Below, in pieces: positions 19,580 to 29,126 of a stretch of 64,000 bases of DNA (position 1 is its first letter; the number at the start of each line of letters is the position of its first letter). A model generated the notes under the pieces. The model was not told the DNA's origin. It searched no databases and saw nothing but the letters and a program-made list of their open reading frames with translations. The position numbers and the translations under genes are program-made. The stretch is from Candidatus Aminicenantes bacterium (GTDB taxonomy: Bacteria; Acidobacteriota; Aminicenantia; Aminicenantales; JAFGAV01), in the NCBI GenBank assembly GCA_963702835.1, contig OY969762.1, forward strand, positions 2,278,427-2,342,426. Reading direction: 5' to 3'.

Positions 19580-21006
19580 CCCGCCATGATTTGCTTCGTC
19601 GCCGCTCGAGCCGCCTGCGCCGGATAGGAGATGAGCAGTCCCGCCGCCAGCGACAGGAGGGCCAGCACGGTCACCACGAAGACCATGGACTTTGTTTTTT
19701 CCGGAGCGGGGTTTTTGGCCTCACCCAGGAAGACCTGGCTGAAGACCTTGAGCAGATAGAACATCGTCAGCACGGCCGTGAACAGGGCCAGGGCGGCAAC
19801 CCACACCTGGCCGGCCTTGACCGTGCCCATGATGACCAGGAACTTGGAGAAAAACCCGCCGAAGGGCGGCAGGCCGATGACCGAGAAAGCGCAGAAAAGG
19901 AAGGAGACGGCGGTGAAGGGCATGGTCCGCAACAGCCCGCCCATCTGGCGGATGTCCCGCTGGTGAGTGGCGTGGATGACAATGCCCGCGCACAGGAACA
20001 GGCCGGCCTTGGCCAGCCCGTGCATAAGGATGAACAGGAGAGAGCCGTTGATGCCGTCGGGGTTGGCCATGCTGAAGCCGAGGAAGATGTAGCCGATCTG
20101 GCTGATCGTGGAGTAGGCCAGGATGCGCTTGAGGTCCGTTTCCACGGTGGCCGCCCCGGCGGCAATCAGCGCGGAGGCCACCACCAGCCAGGGAATGGCC
20201 TGCGGCCAGGCGCCGGGCAGCCGGAACGTGGCCAGGAACAGACGGGCGTAGGCATAGACGCCGATCTTGACCAGCACCGCGGCATGGAGCAGGGCGGTGA
20301 CCGTAGTGGGCGCCACGCCGGCGTCCGGCAGCCAGGTGTGGAGGGGGACGGTGGCCGATTTGGAAAACATGCCGAACAGGATAAGCAGGACGGCGCTGCC
20401 GGGGATGGTCATTCCCCGCAGGGTGGTGAGGTCGAAGCTGTTCGGGGTGTGGGCGCTGTAGATCTGGATGAAGCCGAGCAGCATGACCACTGCGCCGAAG
20501 AAGGTTACCAGGAAGGCCTTGTCGGCCTTGCGGACATGGTCCTTCTGCCGGTAGAAGCCGATCAACCGCCAGCAGCAGATGGCGATGATTTCCCAAAAAA
20601 GATAGATGAAAATGAGGTTTCCCGAAAAGACCAGCCCCATCATGGCCCCGATGAACAGGACCACCATCAGGTAGTATTCGTTCTGGTTCTCTTCGTGATG
20701 AATGTAGCCCAGGGAATAAACGATGATCAGGAAGCCGACGAAGGAAGAGACGATGGACATGAAGATGGACAGCGGGTCTATGATCAGGACGAAATTAAGC
20801 CCGAAGATGAAGTCCGTTCTGAAAATCGTCTCGCCGCCGCGCAGGGCCGCCGGCAGGAGCAGGAGGGGCAGGGCCGCCGTGGCCGCGCCCAGCAGCACAG
20901 CCCACACCGAACGGAGGCGCTTGGCCACCAGGCCGGCCAGGGGGATGGTCAAGGAACCGATGATGGGGATGAAAATGGTCAGCAGGGCGAGGGTTTCGAT
21001 TTTCAT
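19567..21006 (-). CDS. Antiporter-like subunit (NuoL/M/MrpA-D family)
   Basis: KSATVPLHTWLPDAGVAPT, KRILAYSTISQIG, GLPPFGGFFSK. Confidence 0.9.
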   Translation of the reverse strand: MKIETLALLTIFIPIIGSLTIPLAGLVAKRLRSVWAVLLGAATAALPLLLLPAALRGGETIFRTDFIFGLNFVLIIDPLSIFMSIVSSFVGFLIIVYSLGYIHHEENQNEYYLMVVLFIGAMMGLVFSGNLIFIYLFWEIIAICCWRLIGFYRQKDHVRKADKAFLVTFFGAVVMLLGFIQIYSAHTPNSFDLTTLRGMTIPGSAVLLILFGMFSKSATVPLHTWLPDAGVAPTTVTALLHAAVLVKIGVYAYARLFLATFRLPGAWPQAIPWLVVASALIAAGAATVETDLKRILAYSTISQIGYIFLGFSMANPDGINGSLLFILMHGLAKAGLFLCAGIVIHATHQRDIRQMGGLLRTMPFTAVSFLFCAFSVIGLPPFGGFFSKFLVIMGTVKAGQVWVAALALFTAVLTMFYLLKVFSQVFLGEAKNPAPEKTKSMVFVVTVLALLSLAAGLLISYPAQAARAATKQIMAGWPK

Positions 21007-21087
21007 CGTGAGGCGGAAGTATATTTTTCCAAAATTGAATTGTCAAGGATTAGGGGCACTCTGTGGACAGAGAATCTTGGCCCGCCA

Positions 21088-21594
21088 TCAGGAGGGACCC
21101 GCGCCTGGATTGGGCAGCATCAGAATATTCTGATTGGGGTTTTCGTTCAGGTACTTGACCTGCACTTTGGAGCCCACCTCGATCTTGAGGCGGATGACCA
21201 GGTCCGAGCTCACATCGTTCTTGCGGCCCACCCGTTCGACGCCGGCGCTGTCGCGGAACTTGAACTCGACGATGGAATAGATCGGCTTGTTGTTGACCAG
21301 CAAGCCGTAATTTTTATCGACAAAGGTCACTGTCGCCTGGGCCGGGACTCCCCTCTCAAAAATTTTCAGGGCCAGGGCCTTGCGCTTTTTGCCTGTGGAG
21401 AGCCCGGTCAGAAAGAGGATGGCCCCCACCACCATGAAAATGAAGCCCACCCCGCCGAAGGTGAGTTGAACCATATTTTGGAGGCCGGTCTCAAGATGGC
21501 CGGAAAACAGATCCCGGACAAGAGAGATTCCCCCACCCACCAGAAAAAAGATCAACCCGAACACGAATAGAAAACCGCCGATCAAAACGCTCAT
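21088..21594 (-). CDS. Membrane protein with DUF3592-like beta-barrel domain
   Basis: Two TM helices then GVPAQATV...VGSKVQVKYLNENP; AGGAGG RBS. Confidence 0.65.
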   Translation of the reverse strand: MSVLIGGFLFVFGLIFFLVGGGISLVRDLFSGHLETGLQNMVQLTFGGVGFIFMVVGAILFLTGLSTGKKRKALALKIFERGVPAQATVTFVDKNYGLLVNNKPIYSIVEFKFRDSAGVERVGRKNDVSSDLVIRLKIEVGSKVQVKYLNENPNQNILMLPNPGAGPS

Positions 21595-21761
21595 GGCTCA
21601 TCCTCCTTTTTTCCGAATGGCCCTGGCCGGCCCATTATTCTCTATTAGGGTTATGATTAGATGAATTTGACTTTTCTGTCAATTCGGATAAGGAAATTGA
21701 AAAAATAAATTCGGCAATTTATAATGATCTTATAATCAATGGGAAATATCCTGAGAAGGAG

Positions 21762-22406
21762 ATGGGCATGCCTCATTCAACACGTTTCCAAAACCTGGGC
21801 CTGGTCGTGCTCTTGGGCTCGGCCTGGGGTCTGAGCGAAGCGCTCCTGGGTTTGGGCCTCAAGAGCTGCGCCCGGCTCGTTTCGGGCTCGGTTATGACCG
21901 CCGTGGCCCTCTTCTTCCTGGCGGCCGGGCTGGCCGCCTCGCGCCGGATTGAAGCCGCGGGCCTGCTGGTCCTGCTGGCCGTCTCGTTCAAATTGTTCGA
22001 TGCCGCGCTTTTATCGCTTCCTATAAAACACGGCGCTGTGGCCAATCCTATCTTCGCCTTCGTCACCGAAGCCCTGGCCTTCTTGGTTCTGGCTGCCGCG
22101 GTCCCGGCCTGGAAGAAAACGGTCAAAGGCCGGGTCTGGCTGGGCGCCGCCTCGGGCCTGGCGGCCGCGGCCGTCTTTCCCTTGGTTCGAGCGGTGACCG
22201 GCATTCCAGCCTGCCTTGTTCCGGGCACAAGCCTTCCCCTGGCCTGGGTCTTCGCTCCCATCGCCGCCGGGCTCGCCGCGGCAACCGTTCCCTTGGGATT
22301 TTGGGCCGGGCAAAAGCTGTCCCAACAAAGTCTGCGGCCGGCCATCCTCAGCCCGGCTTCCATCCTGATCAGCCTGGCCCTGATAGCGCTCATCCGGCTG
22401 GCCTAG
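21762..22406 (+). CDS. Hypothetical integral membrane protein (possibly S-component-like)
   Basis: 6-7 TM segments, GSAWGLSE motif, AAGGAG RBS; first gene of the oxidoreductase operon. Confidence 0.65.
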   Translation: MGMPHSTRFQNLGLVVLLGSAWGLSEALLGLGLKSCARLVSGSVMTAVALFFLAAGLAASRRIEAAGLLVLLAVSFKLFDAALLSLPIKHGAVANPIFAFVTEALAFLVLAAAVPAWKKTVKGRVWLGAASGLAAAAVFPLVRAVTGIPACLVPGTSLPLAWVFAPIAAGLAAATVPLGFWAGQKLSQQSLRPAILSPASILISLALIALIRLA

Positions 22407-22425
22407 GGGCGGGACAGGAGTCACC

Positions 22426-23070
22426 GTGATGGAAAACTCCGCTATTAAGAAAAAAAGGAAAAAGACCTATAGCCGGCGAGCTTTTATTAAAAGCATGGGC
22501 GGCGGCGCCCTAGGGGCCACCATGGCCGCGGGGCTCCTGGGCCAGGACGGGCTGACCCCTGGAGGGCAGGACGCCGAGCCGGCCGTCTTCGAGGTCAAGC
22601 CCATTACCCTGACCGTAAACGGCAAAACCGTGCGGCTGGAGGTCGAGCCTCGGGAAACCCTGCTCCACGTGCTCCGGGAACGGCTCCGTCTCACCGGCAC
22701 CAAGCGGACCTGCGACCGGGGCGAGTGCGGCGCCTGCACGGTGCTTCTTGACGGCAAACCCGTCTATTCCTGCATGACCCTGGCTGCCCGGGCCGACCGC
22801 CGCCAGGTACAGACCATTGAAGGGCTGGCCGCCGGGGGAAAGCTCCATCCTCTTCAGCAGGCCTTTATCGACAAGGACGCCTACCAGTGCGGTTTCTGCA
22901 CTCCGGGCTTCATCATGGCCGGAGCCGCGCTTCTCGAAGCAAACCCTTCTCCCAGCGGCGATCAGATTAGAGCTGCCCTCAGCGGCAACATCTGCCGCTG
23001 CGGCAATTATCAAAAGATTCACCAAGCGGTGGCTGCCGCTGCCGAACGGATGAGGAGTGGGTTGAAATGA
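22426..23070 (+). CDS. Xanthine dehydrogenase-family 2x[2Fe-2S] subunit with Tat signal (PaoA-like)
   Basis: SRRAFIK; CDRGECGACT; QCGFCTPG; NICRCGNY. Confidence 0.9.
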   Translation: MMENSAIKKKRKKTYSRRAFIKSMGGGALGATMAAGLLGQDGLTPGGQDAEPAVFEVKPITLTVNGKTVRLEVEPRETLLHVLRERLRLTGTKRTCDRGECGACTVLLDGKPVYSCMTLAARADRRQVQTIEGLAAGGKLHPLQQAFIDKDAYQCGFCTPGFIMAGAALLEANPSPSGDQIRAALSGNICRCGNYQKIHQAVAAAAERMRSGLK

Positions 23071-25317
23071 AAGACCTAGACACTAGGGATAGCCTGACCT
23101 ATAAAGAGCAAGGCCGACCGCTCCCGGGAGCCAAGCCGGCCGCCGCCGTCCAAACGCCGGCGGAAACCTTCAAATACATCGGCAGCTACCTGCCCCGGGT
23201 GGATGGCGAGCGCGTCGTCACGGGAGCAGCGGACTACACCCACGACCTCCAGATGGAGGGCATGCTCTTCGCCAAGATCCTTCGCTCGCCGCACGCTTGC
23301 GCCGAGATTGTCGCGCTCGACCTCAGCCCGGCCCTGGCCCTTGACGGCGTCAAGGCCGCCGTGCGCCTTAAGGAAGGACGGTTGAATTATCTGGGCGAGC
23401 CGGTGGCGGCCGTAGCCGCCGAGGACGAAGCTGCGGCCGAAGAGGCCCTGGACCTCATCAGGGTCGAATATAAAGAACTGCCCTTCGTGGTATCCGAAGA
23501 TGCGTCTCAGGCCGAGGGAGCTCCCCAAGTTCTCCCCGACGGACCCAACGTCCAGAAGCTGAACGAACTGACGCGGGGCGATGTGGACAAGGGCTTTGGG
23601 GAGGCCGACCTTATTTTCGAGCGGACTTACCGGACGAGCTGGGAAGTGCACCAAACGGCCGAAACTCACTCCAGCCTGGCCCTTTGGGAGGGCGATTCGC
23701 TCACGGTCTGGGACTCGACCCAGGCCGTGCACAGCGTGCGCGACGGCCTGGCCCGCGCCCTGAAGATGCCCGCGGCCAAGGTCCGGGTCATCAAGAAATA
23801 TATGGGCGGGGGTTTCGGCAGCAAGCTGGGCGTAAACGACCACACCGTGGCCGCCGCGCTCCTGGCCCGCCAGGCCCGCCGGCCGGTCAAAGTCATCCTC
23901 AGCCGGAAGGAAAATTCCTTCTGCGTCGGGTTCAGGCCATCAAACCGGATCACTATCAAGGCCGGAGTCAAGAAAAACGGCACCTTGACCGCGGTCCATT
24001 TCAAGAACTTGACCTGCGGAGGTCTCGGCCGGGGGGACGATTGTGCGGACCCCCTGGTCGACCTCTACCGCTGCCCCAACCTCAAGGTCGAGGAATACTC
24101 GGTCTTCGCCCATACCTGCGCCAACCGGCCGACGCGGGCGCCCGGCCATACCCAAGGGACGTTCGCCCTGGAAGGGTTCCTGGAGGAGCTGGCCGCTGAG
24201 TTGGGAATGGACCCCTTGGAGCTGCGGCTCAAGAACTACACGACCAAAAACCAGGGTGACACCGGCACGCCCTATTCCACCAAAGGCCTGGAGCAGTGCT
24301 ATCGCTTGGGCTCGGAAAAGATCGGCTGGCAGCGCCGCAACAAAAAGCCGGGCCAGGCCGCGGGCCGGACCAAGCGCGGCCTGGGGATGGCCAGCCAGAT
24401 CTGGCCGGGGGCCGGCGTGCCCGGCACTCTGGCCGACCTTTATGTCTATCCGGACGGGAGCGTGGAAGTGCAGTGCGGCACGCAGGACATCGGCTGCGGA
24501 ACACGGACCTTCATGGCCGCTATCGCCGCTGAAACGCTCGGCCTGGAACCCAAGGACATTACCATCAAGATCGGCGACTCGGACTATCCCTGGGCGCCCT
24601 CTTCCGGCGGCAGCCTGACCGCGCCCTCGGTTGGCCCGGCCGTGCGCGACGCGGCGCTCAAGGCCGTGGAGCAGCTCAAGCAGCTGGCCGCCAAGAAGCT
24701 CAACATCCCGGCCGGCCAGGTAACCGTGGCCGAAAAAAAATTCAGCAATACCCAGGATCCTGCTCAGGCCCTCTCCTTTGCTGAAGCGGCTCGCGAGCTT
24801 CGCCGCGAAACCGTTTTCCACGGCGAACGGGCCCTGTGGGCGCCCGGCTTTGACTACCAGACCTTCGGCGCCCAGTTCGCCGAGGTTGAGGTAGACACCG
24901 AGACAGGCCGCGTCCGGGTGCTCCGCGTGGTAGCCGCTCACGACATCGGCCGCGTCCTTAACCGACAGACGGCCGAGAGCCAGGTCCTGGGGGGCGTCCT
25001 CCAAGGACTGAGCGCCGCCCTGTTCGAGCAAAAAACCATGGATACCTCCCTGGGCCGGATGGTCAACGCCAACCTTCACGACTATAAGGTAGCCACCATC
25101 GAAGACATGCCCGGAGATCATTCCCCTGTTCGCCGATGTGGTGGACGAGCGGCTGAACAACCTGGGCAACAAGGGTCTGGGCGAGCCGCCCCGCATCCCC
25201 AGCTCAGCCGTCATCGCCAACGCCGTGTTCAACGCCATCGGCGTCCATGTCGGTGAGATTCCCATGACCCCGGACAAGGTGCTCCAGGCGCTCAAGCGGA
25301 GGGAGGGACATTCATGA
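23067..25317 (+). CDS. Xanthine dehydrogenase-family molybdopterin-binding subunit (PaoC-like); +1 frameshift near 25110
   Basis: MGGGFGSK, RAPGH, QDIGCG, FGAQFAEVEVD. Removing one C at 25110-25112 restores MPEIIPLF...KGLGEPPRIP...EIPMTPDKVL, ending in an ATGA overlap with the next gene. Confidence 0.88.
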
Positions 25318-26288
25318 AAAACTTCAAGCTGGCCGAACCGAAAACCCTCTCCCAGGCCTCTGCGCTGCTGGCTCGCGGCAACGGCCGGGCGGCGCTCCTG
25401 GCCGGTGGGACCGACCTCCTGGGCGAGATCAAAGAAGGCATCCGGCTGCCCGAGACGGTGGTGGACCTTATGACCATCTCGGGCTTGTCCTTCATTCGTC
25501 AGGACCCGGCAGGCCTTCGCCTGGGCGCGTTGACCGCGGTGGCCGAGTTGGCCGAGGACGCGGCCGTGGGCCGGCTTTTTCCCGGATTGAGCCAGGCCGC
25601 CCGGTCGGTGGCCTCACCCCAACTGCGCCGCATGGGCACCCTGGGCGGCAACCTCTGCCAGAGGCCGCGCTGCTGGTACTATCGCACCGCCGAAACGGTC
25701 TGCCGCAAGAAGGGTGGGAGTAAGTGCTTCGCCTCGAACGGCCGGAACCGCTACCATGCCGTTCTGGGAAGCGGTCTGTGCCACATCGTTTACCCTTCGG
25801 ACCTGGCGCCGATGCTCATGGCCTTGCAAGCCCGGTTGACTCTCTTTTCCGCTCAGGGGGAACGGACCATCCCCCTGGCCGAATTCTACGCCCTGCCCTC
25901 AGTGAACATCCAGCGCGAAAACATGCTGGGACAGGACGAAATCCTCAAGGAAGTTGTCGTCCCCCTGCCCGGCCCTGGAGCGAAGAGCGCCTATCTGAAA
26001 TTCAAGGAGCGGGGGGCCTGGGACTTCGCTCTGGTTTCTGCCGCGGCGGCCGGGACCTTCTCCGGGAGATCGGCTTCCAGCCTGCATCTCGTGATGGGCG
26101 GTCTGGCGCCCGTCCCCTGGCGGATGAGAGAGGCCGAGGAAGCCCTCCGCGGCAAGAAGTTGAATGAAGACCTGGTCCGCCGGGCGGCCAAGGCCTCGCT
26201 CCAGGAGGCCAAGCCCCTCGAAGAAAACGCCTACAAGGTTGAGCTGGCCGAAGTCATCCTGAGCCGGGCGGTGATGTCGCTCGGCTGA
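25314..26288 (+). CDS. FAD-binding subunit with extra [4Fe-4S] motif (PaoB/YagS-like)
   Basis: AGGTDLL, ASPQLRRMGTLGGNLCQRPRCWYYR...C.KKGG..C. Confidence 0.9.
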   Translation: MKNFKLAEPKTLSQASALLARGNGRAALLAGGTDLLGEIKEGIRLPETVVDLMTISGLSFIRQDPAGLRLGALTAVAELAEDAAVGRLFPGLSQAARSVASPQLRRMGTLGGNLCQRPRCWYYRTAETVCRKKGGSKCFASNGRNRYHAVLGSGLCHIVYPSDLAPMLMALQARLTLFSAQGERTIPLAEFYALPSVNIQRENMLGQDEILKEVVVPLPGPGAKSAYLKFKERGAWDFALVSAAAAGTFSGRSASSLHLVMGGLAPVPWRMREAEEALRGKKLNEDLVRRAAKASLQEAKPLEENAYKVELAEVILSRAVMSLG

Positions 26289-26325
26289 GGCCGGCCTGAA
26301 GTTTATTAAAAAGGAAAGAAATCTA

Positions 26326-27462
26326 ATGGCCCTGACACTAGCAAAAAAACGATGTTTTCTCCTTGCCTTTTTTTGCGCCGCACTCCTTCAAGCCGCCGCT
26401 GGAGCCGCTTCCCAGAAAGAGGCCGTCCGGCTGACCATTTTTCATCCCTCGGCCAGAAGGCTCCATGACGTCCTGGGTCTTCTGCAGGTCGGCTGGCTCA
26501 AAGTGGACCGGCTCAAAATACTGGGCGTTTACCTGGCCAAAGAAAAGGTCGACCTGCCGGCTGTCGAACATCTCATCAGAGCCCATCCCCAGACGCCCAT
26601 AACCCTTCGCTGCATTAGGGCCGAGGCCGGGACCGAAGAGCTCTTCAAAAAAAACGCCATCACCGCGGAAATCGAAGAAATTTTCCGCCGTTCGGACGGC
26701 ATCATCTTTTTCGGCGGCCCCGATATCCCTCCCGCCTTCTACGGAAAACCAACCCGCTTTTTCACTCTGATCGAAGACCCCTACCGGCATGCCCTCGAGA
26801 TCGCGGCTGTCTTCCGGCTCCTGGGAGGCTCCCGGGGCGAAGTGGAGAAGCCGCTCCTGGACGATCGACCAGACTTCCCTATCCTGGGCATTTGCCTGGG
26901 CGGCCAGACCCTCAACGTTGGAACGGGCGGCACCCTCATCCAGGACATTTGGACGGAGACTTACGGTCTTCGGTCAGTAGAAGAAGCTCTGAAGATGCCG
27001 GCCGAGCAATGGCACAGCAACCCCTTCCTTTATTTATATCCCGCCGACGGTTTGTTCGAATACAGTCTGCACCCTATTCGCTTTGAAAAAAAAGGCAGGC
27101 TGGCCGCTGAGCTGGGGCTGGGGAAAGACGACCGGCCGTATGTCCTCAGCGCCCACCATCAGCAGATCGATAGGCTTGGAGCCGGCCTGCGGCCCGAGGC
27201 CTTCTCCGCCGACGGCCGGCTGGTCGAAGCCCTGTCCCATGAACGATACCCCAGCGTGCTGGGCCTCTTGTTCCATCCTGAAGAGCAGGCCCTCCGCCAG
27301 CCGGAGGCCCTCTTCAAGCTCGGGCCCGGAAAGGACCCCGGCCAAAACCTGCGTGCCTTCCTCCAGAACTATCCGCCCAGCCTGGAGTTTCACCAAAAGC
27401 TGTGGGCCTGGTTCAGCCAGCGGCTGGAGGCCAGCGCCCGCTCTAACCGACAAAGCCGATAG
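26326..27462 (+). CDS. Peptidase C26 / gamma-glutamyl hydrolase-family glutamine amidotransferase, exported
   Basis: Signal peptide; GGPDIPP, PILGICLGGQ (Cys nucleophile), SAHHQ, FHPE. Confidence 0.85.
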   Translation: MALTLAKKRCFLLAFFCAALLQAAAGAASQKEAVRLTIFHPSARRLHDVLGLLQVGWLKVDRLKILGVYLAKEKVDLPAVEHLIRAHPQTPITLRCIRAEAGTEELFKKNAITAEIEEIFRRSDGIIFFGGPDIPPAFYGKPTRFFTLIEDPYRHALEIAAVFRLLGGSRGEVEKPLLDDRPDFPILGICLGGQTLNVGTGGTLIQDIWTETYGLRSVEEALKMPAEQWHSNPFLYLYPADGLFEYSLHPIRFEKKGRLAAELGLGKDDRPYVLSAHHQQIDRLGAGLRPEAFSADGRLVEALSHERYPSVLGLLFHPEEQALRQPEALFKLGPGKDPGQNLRAFLQNYPPSLEFHQKLWAWFSQRLEASARSNRQSR

Positions 27463-27468
27463 GCTTTC

Positions 27469-27513
27469 TTGACATAAAGAACACTTCACATTACAATTTG
27501 AATTGTCCATAAT
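27469..27513 (+). promoter_or_regulatory. Tandem sigma70 promoters
   Basis: TTGACA(27469)-N17-TACAAT(27492) and TTCACA(27485)-N17-CATAAT(27508). Confidence 0.7.
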
Positions 27514-27524
27514 CTAAGATGAAA

Positions 27525-27645
27525 GGAGCCCTCCATGAAGCGCTATTTGATTCCGAGGGTCGCTCACTGCAAGAGCGGCTGCCAACCTGCATCCTGAGCA
27601 AGATGTAAAACTGCTCACCGGCCAAAGGACTTGGGGGAGGGCTTC
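27525..27645 (+). ncRNA. Candidate structured ncRNA (~120 nt) with closing stem, hairpin and H-type pseudoknot
   Basis: GGAGCCCTCC/GGAGGGCTTC 10-bp closing stem; GTCGCTC/GAGCGGC hairpin; pseudoknot TGCATC/GATGTA plus TGAGCA/TGCTCA; starts just after the promoters. Confidence 0.55.
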
Positions 27646-27913
27646 GGCGCCCAGGCGCGGTTTTTCAGGCAGCGGAAATTCCGGGCTAAGCCGCTCCAGG
27701 GCGCCCCACCCCTCCCTCAGGTCATTTGCTGCAGCACAGGGCTCCGCCGCTATTCAATCAGAAAATCGCCCTATCCCCAGACCTTCTCAAAAAATTGTTT
27801 TTCCTAAGCCCTAGTGTCTGCGTTCTAGAAAAAGAGAGCAATTCCTAGCCGCTTCGTACTTGACTTATGGAGCGCAGGGGGGTAGATTTATTGGATAAAA
27901 AAGGAGGATATAC

Positions 27914-28480
27914 ATGAAAAAGCATTTTGGAGTCGCAGTCCTGACAGTCGTGGCTCTGGCCATGGCCTTCACCGCCTGCGCCGTCAAGCCGCAGGCGGCC
28001 ATCGACGCCGCCCAGGCCGCGGTAACGGCAGTGGTCAATGCCGGCGCGGACAAATATGCGCCCGCTGAGCTCAAAACGATCCAGGACAACCTGACCGCCG
28101 CTCTGGACCAAGTCACCAACAAAAAGTACAAGGAAGCCGGAGAAGCCCTGGTCACCATCAAGGCCGACGCCGATGCCTTACTGGCTGCCCTGCCGGCCAA
28201 GATCGAGGCGGCCAAAACAAGCGCCCTGGGCCTGCAGACCGTCGTTCAAACAACCCTGACCGAGGTCAAAACCCTTTTTGACAAGAACAAGTGGAAGATC
28301 AAGCAAGCGGACCGGAAGGTTGTAGAAACCGAGATGACAGGCCTCAACGGAGCCCTGCCCGAGGTCCAAAAAGCTGTCGAGGCTCAGGATTGGATCGGAG
28401 CGGCCTCCAAGGCTACGACTCTCAAGGATTCGGCTGCGGCCCTTCTGCAAAAAATCACCAAGCTTCTAGGCAAGAAATAG
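27914..28480 (+). CDS. Lipoprotein, DUF4398-like helical
   Basis: AAGGAGG RBS; lipobox FTAC; AGADKYAPAEL. Confidence 0.75.
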   Translation: MKKHFGVAVLTVVALAMAFTACAVKPQAAIDAAQAAVTAVVNAGADKYAPAELKTIQDNLTAALDQVTNKKYKEAGEALVTIKADADALLAALPAKIEAAKTSALGLQTVVQTTLTEVKTLFDKNKWKIKQADRKVVETEMTGLNGALPEVQKAVEAQDWIGAASKATTLKDSAAALLQKITKLLGKK

Positions 28481-28504
28481 AAGGCTGCCGAAACTCGAAT
28501 TCCA

Positions 28505-28544
28505 TTTTCAGGTGGCTGGCCGAAATCGGCCGGCCACCTGAAAA
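28505..28544. terminator. Bidirectional intrinsic terminator between convergent genes
   Basis: TTTTCAGGTGGCTGGCCG-AAAT-CGGCCGGCCACCTGAAAA. Confidence 0.65.
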
Positions 28545-28608
28545 TCATCGGCCGGGACTTTAGGCCGGCCAAATAAGCGATGTATCGCTGGCCGAGGAAG
28601 ATTTCTGT

Positions 28609-29106
28609 TTATTTTTTCCGGCCGCCTGCGGAAAAATTACTGCGGATGCGTTCAATAATTGAGGAGGTGGAGCGGCCAGCGAGATAGGGCACAATGACCA
28701 CCCGGCCGCCGGCGGCTTCGACCTCGGCGCGGCCGACGACCGTGTCCGGGGTCCAGTCGCCTCCCTTGACCAGGATATCAGGCAAGAGTTCGGAAATGAT
28801 CTCCCGCGGCGTCTCCTCCCCGAACCAGGTCAAATAATCGATAAACTCCACTGCCTCCAGCACCTCCAGCCGCTCGGCCAGGGGGAAGATCGGCCGTTGC
28901 GGGCCTTTGAGGCGGCGGACCGTGGCGTCCTCATTGAGGGCTACGATCAGCGCGTCTCCCAGACGGCGCGCCTCGCGGAACAGCCGGATGTGGCCGGCGT
29001 GGAGTAAGTCAAAACAGCCGTTGGTGAAAACGACCTTCTTCTTCTTCCGGCCAAGCTCCTCCCGAAGCGGCCGGAGCTCCCGGCGGGAATAGATCTTTCG
29101 CTCCAC
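28609..29106 (-). CDS. rfaE2: D-glycero-beta-D-manno-heptose 1-phosphate adenylyltransferase
   Basis: [28 protein letters not shown]. Confidence 0.92.
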   Translation of the reverse strand: MERKIYSRRELRPLREELGRKKKKVVFTNGCFDLLHAGHIRLFREARRLGDALIVALNEDATVRRLKGPQRPIFPLAERLEVLEAVEFIDYLTWFGEETPREIISELLPDILVKGGDWTPDTVVGRAEVEAAGGRVVIVPYLAGRSTSSIIERIRSNFSAGGRKK

Positions 29107-29126
29107 AGCCCGTCCTCCAGCCCGCC

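Noticed and set aside
11579-21006. Annotation as NADH dehydrogenase (nuo) or Ehr
   Set aside because: The large subunit retains both Ni-binding CxxC motifs and a cleavable tail, a HycI gene is nearby, and nuoEFG are absent.
17981-21570. Long plus-strand ORFs (443 aa, 659 aa)
   Set aside because: GC-rich antisense shadows of the antiporter-like subunits; no recognisable motifs.
23067-25317. Mo subunit as a pseudogene or programmed frameshift
   Set aside because: A single extra C with intact downstream motifs and no slippery heptamer; similar indels recur across the window.
27525-27645. 6S RNA, SRP RNA, tmRNA or glmS ribozyme
   Set aside because: Too short for 6S or tmRNA; lacks the SRP GGAA-loop helix and the glmS core as I recall them. 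An Rfam search is still needed.
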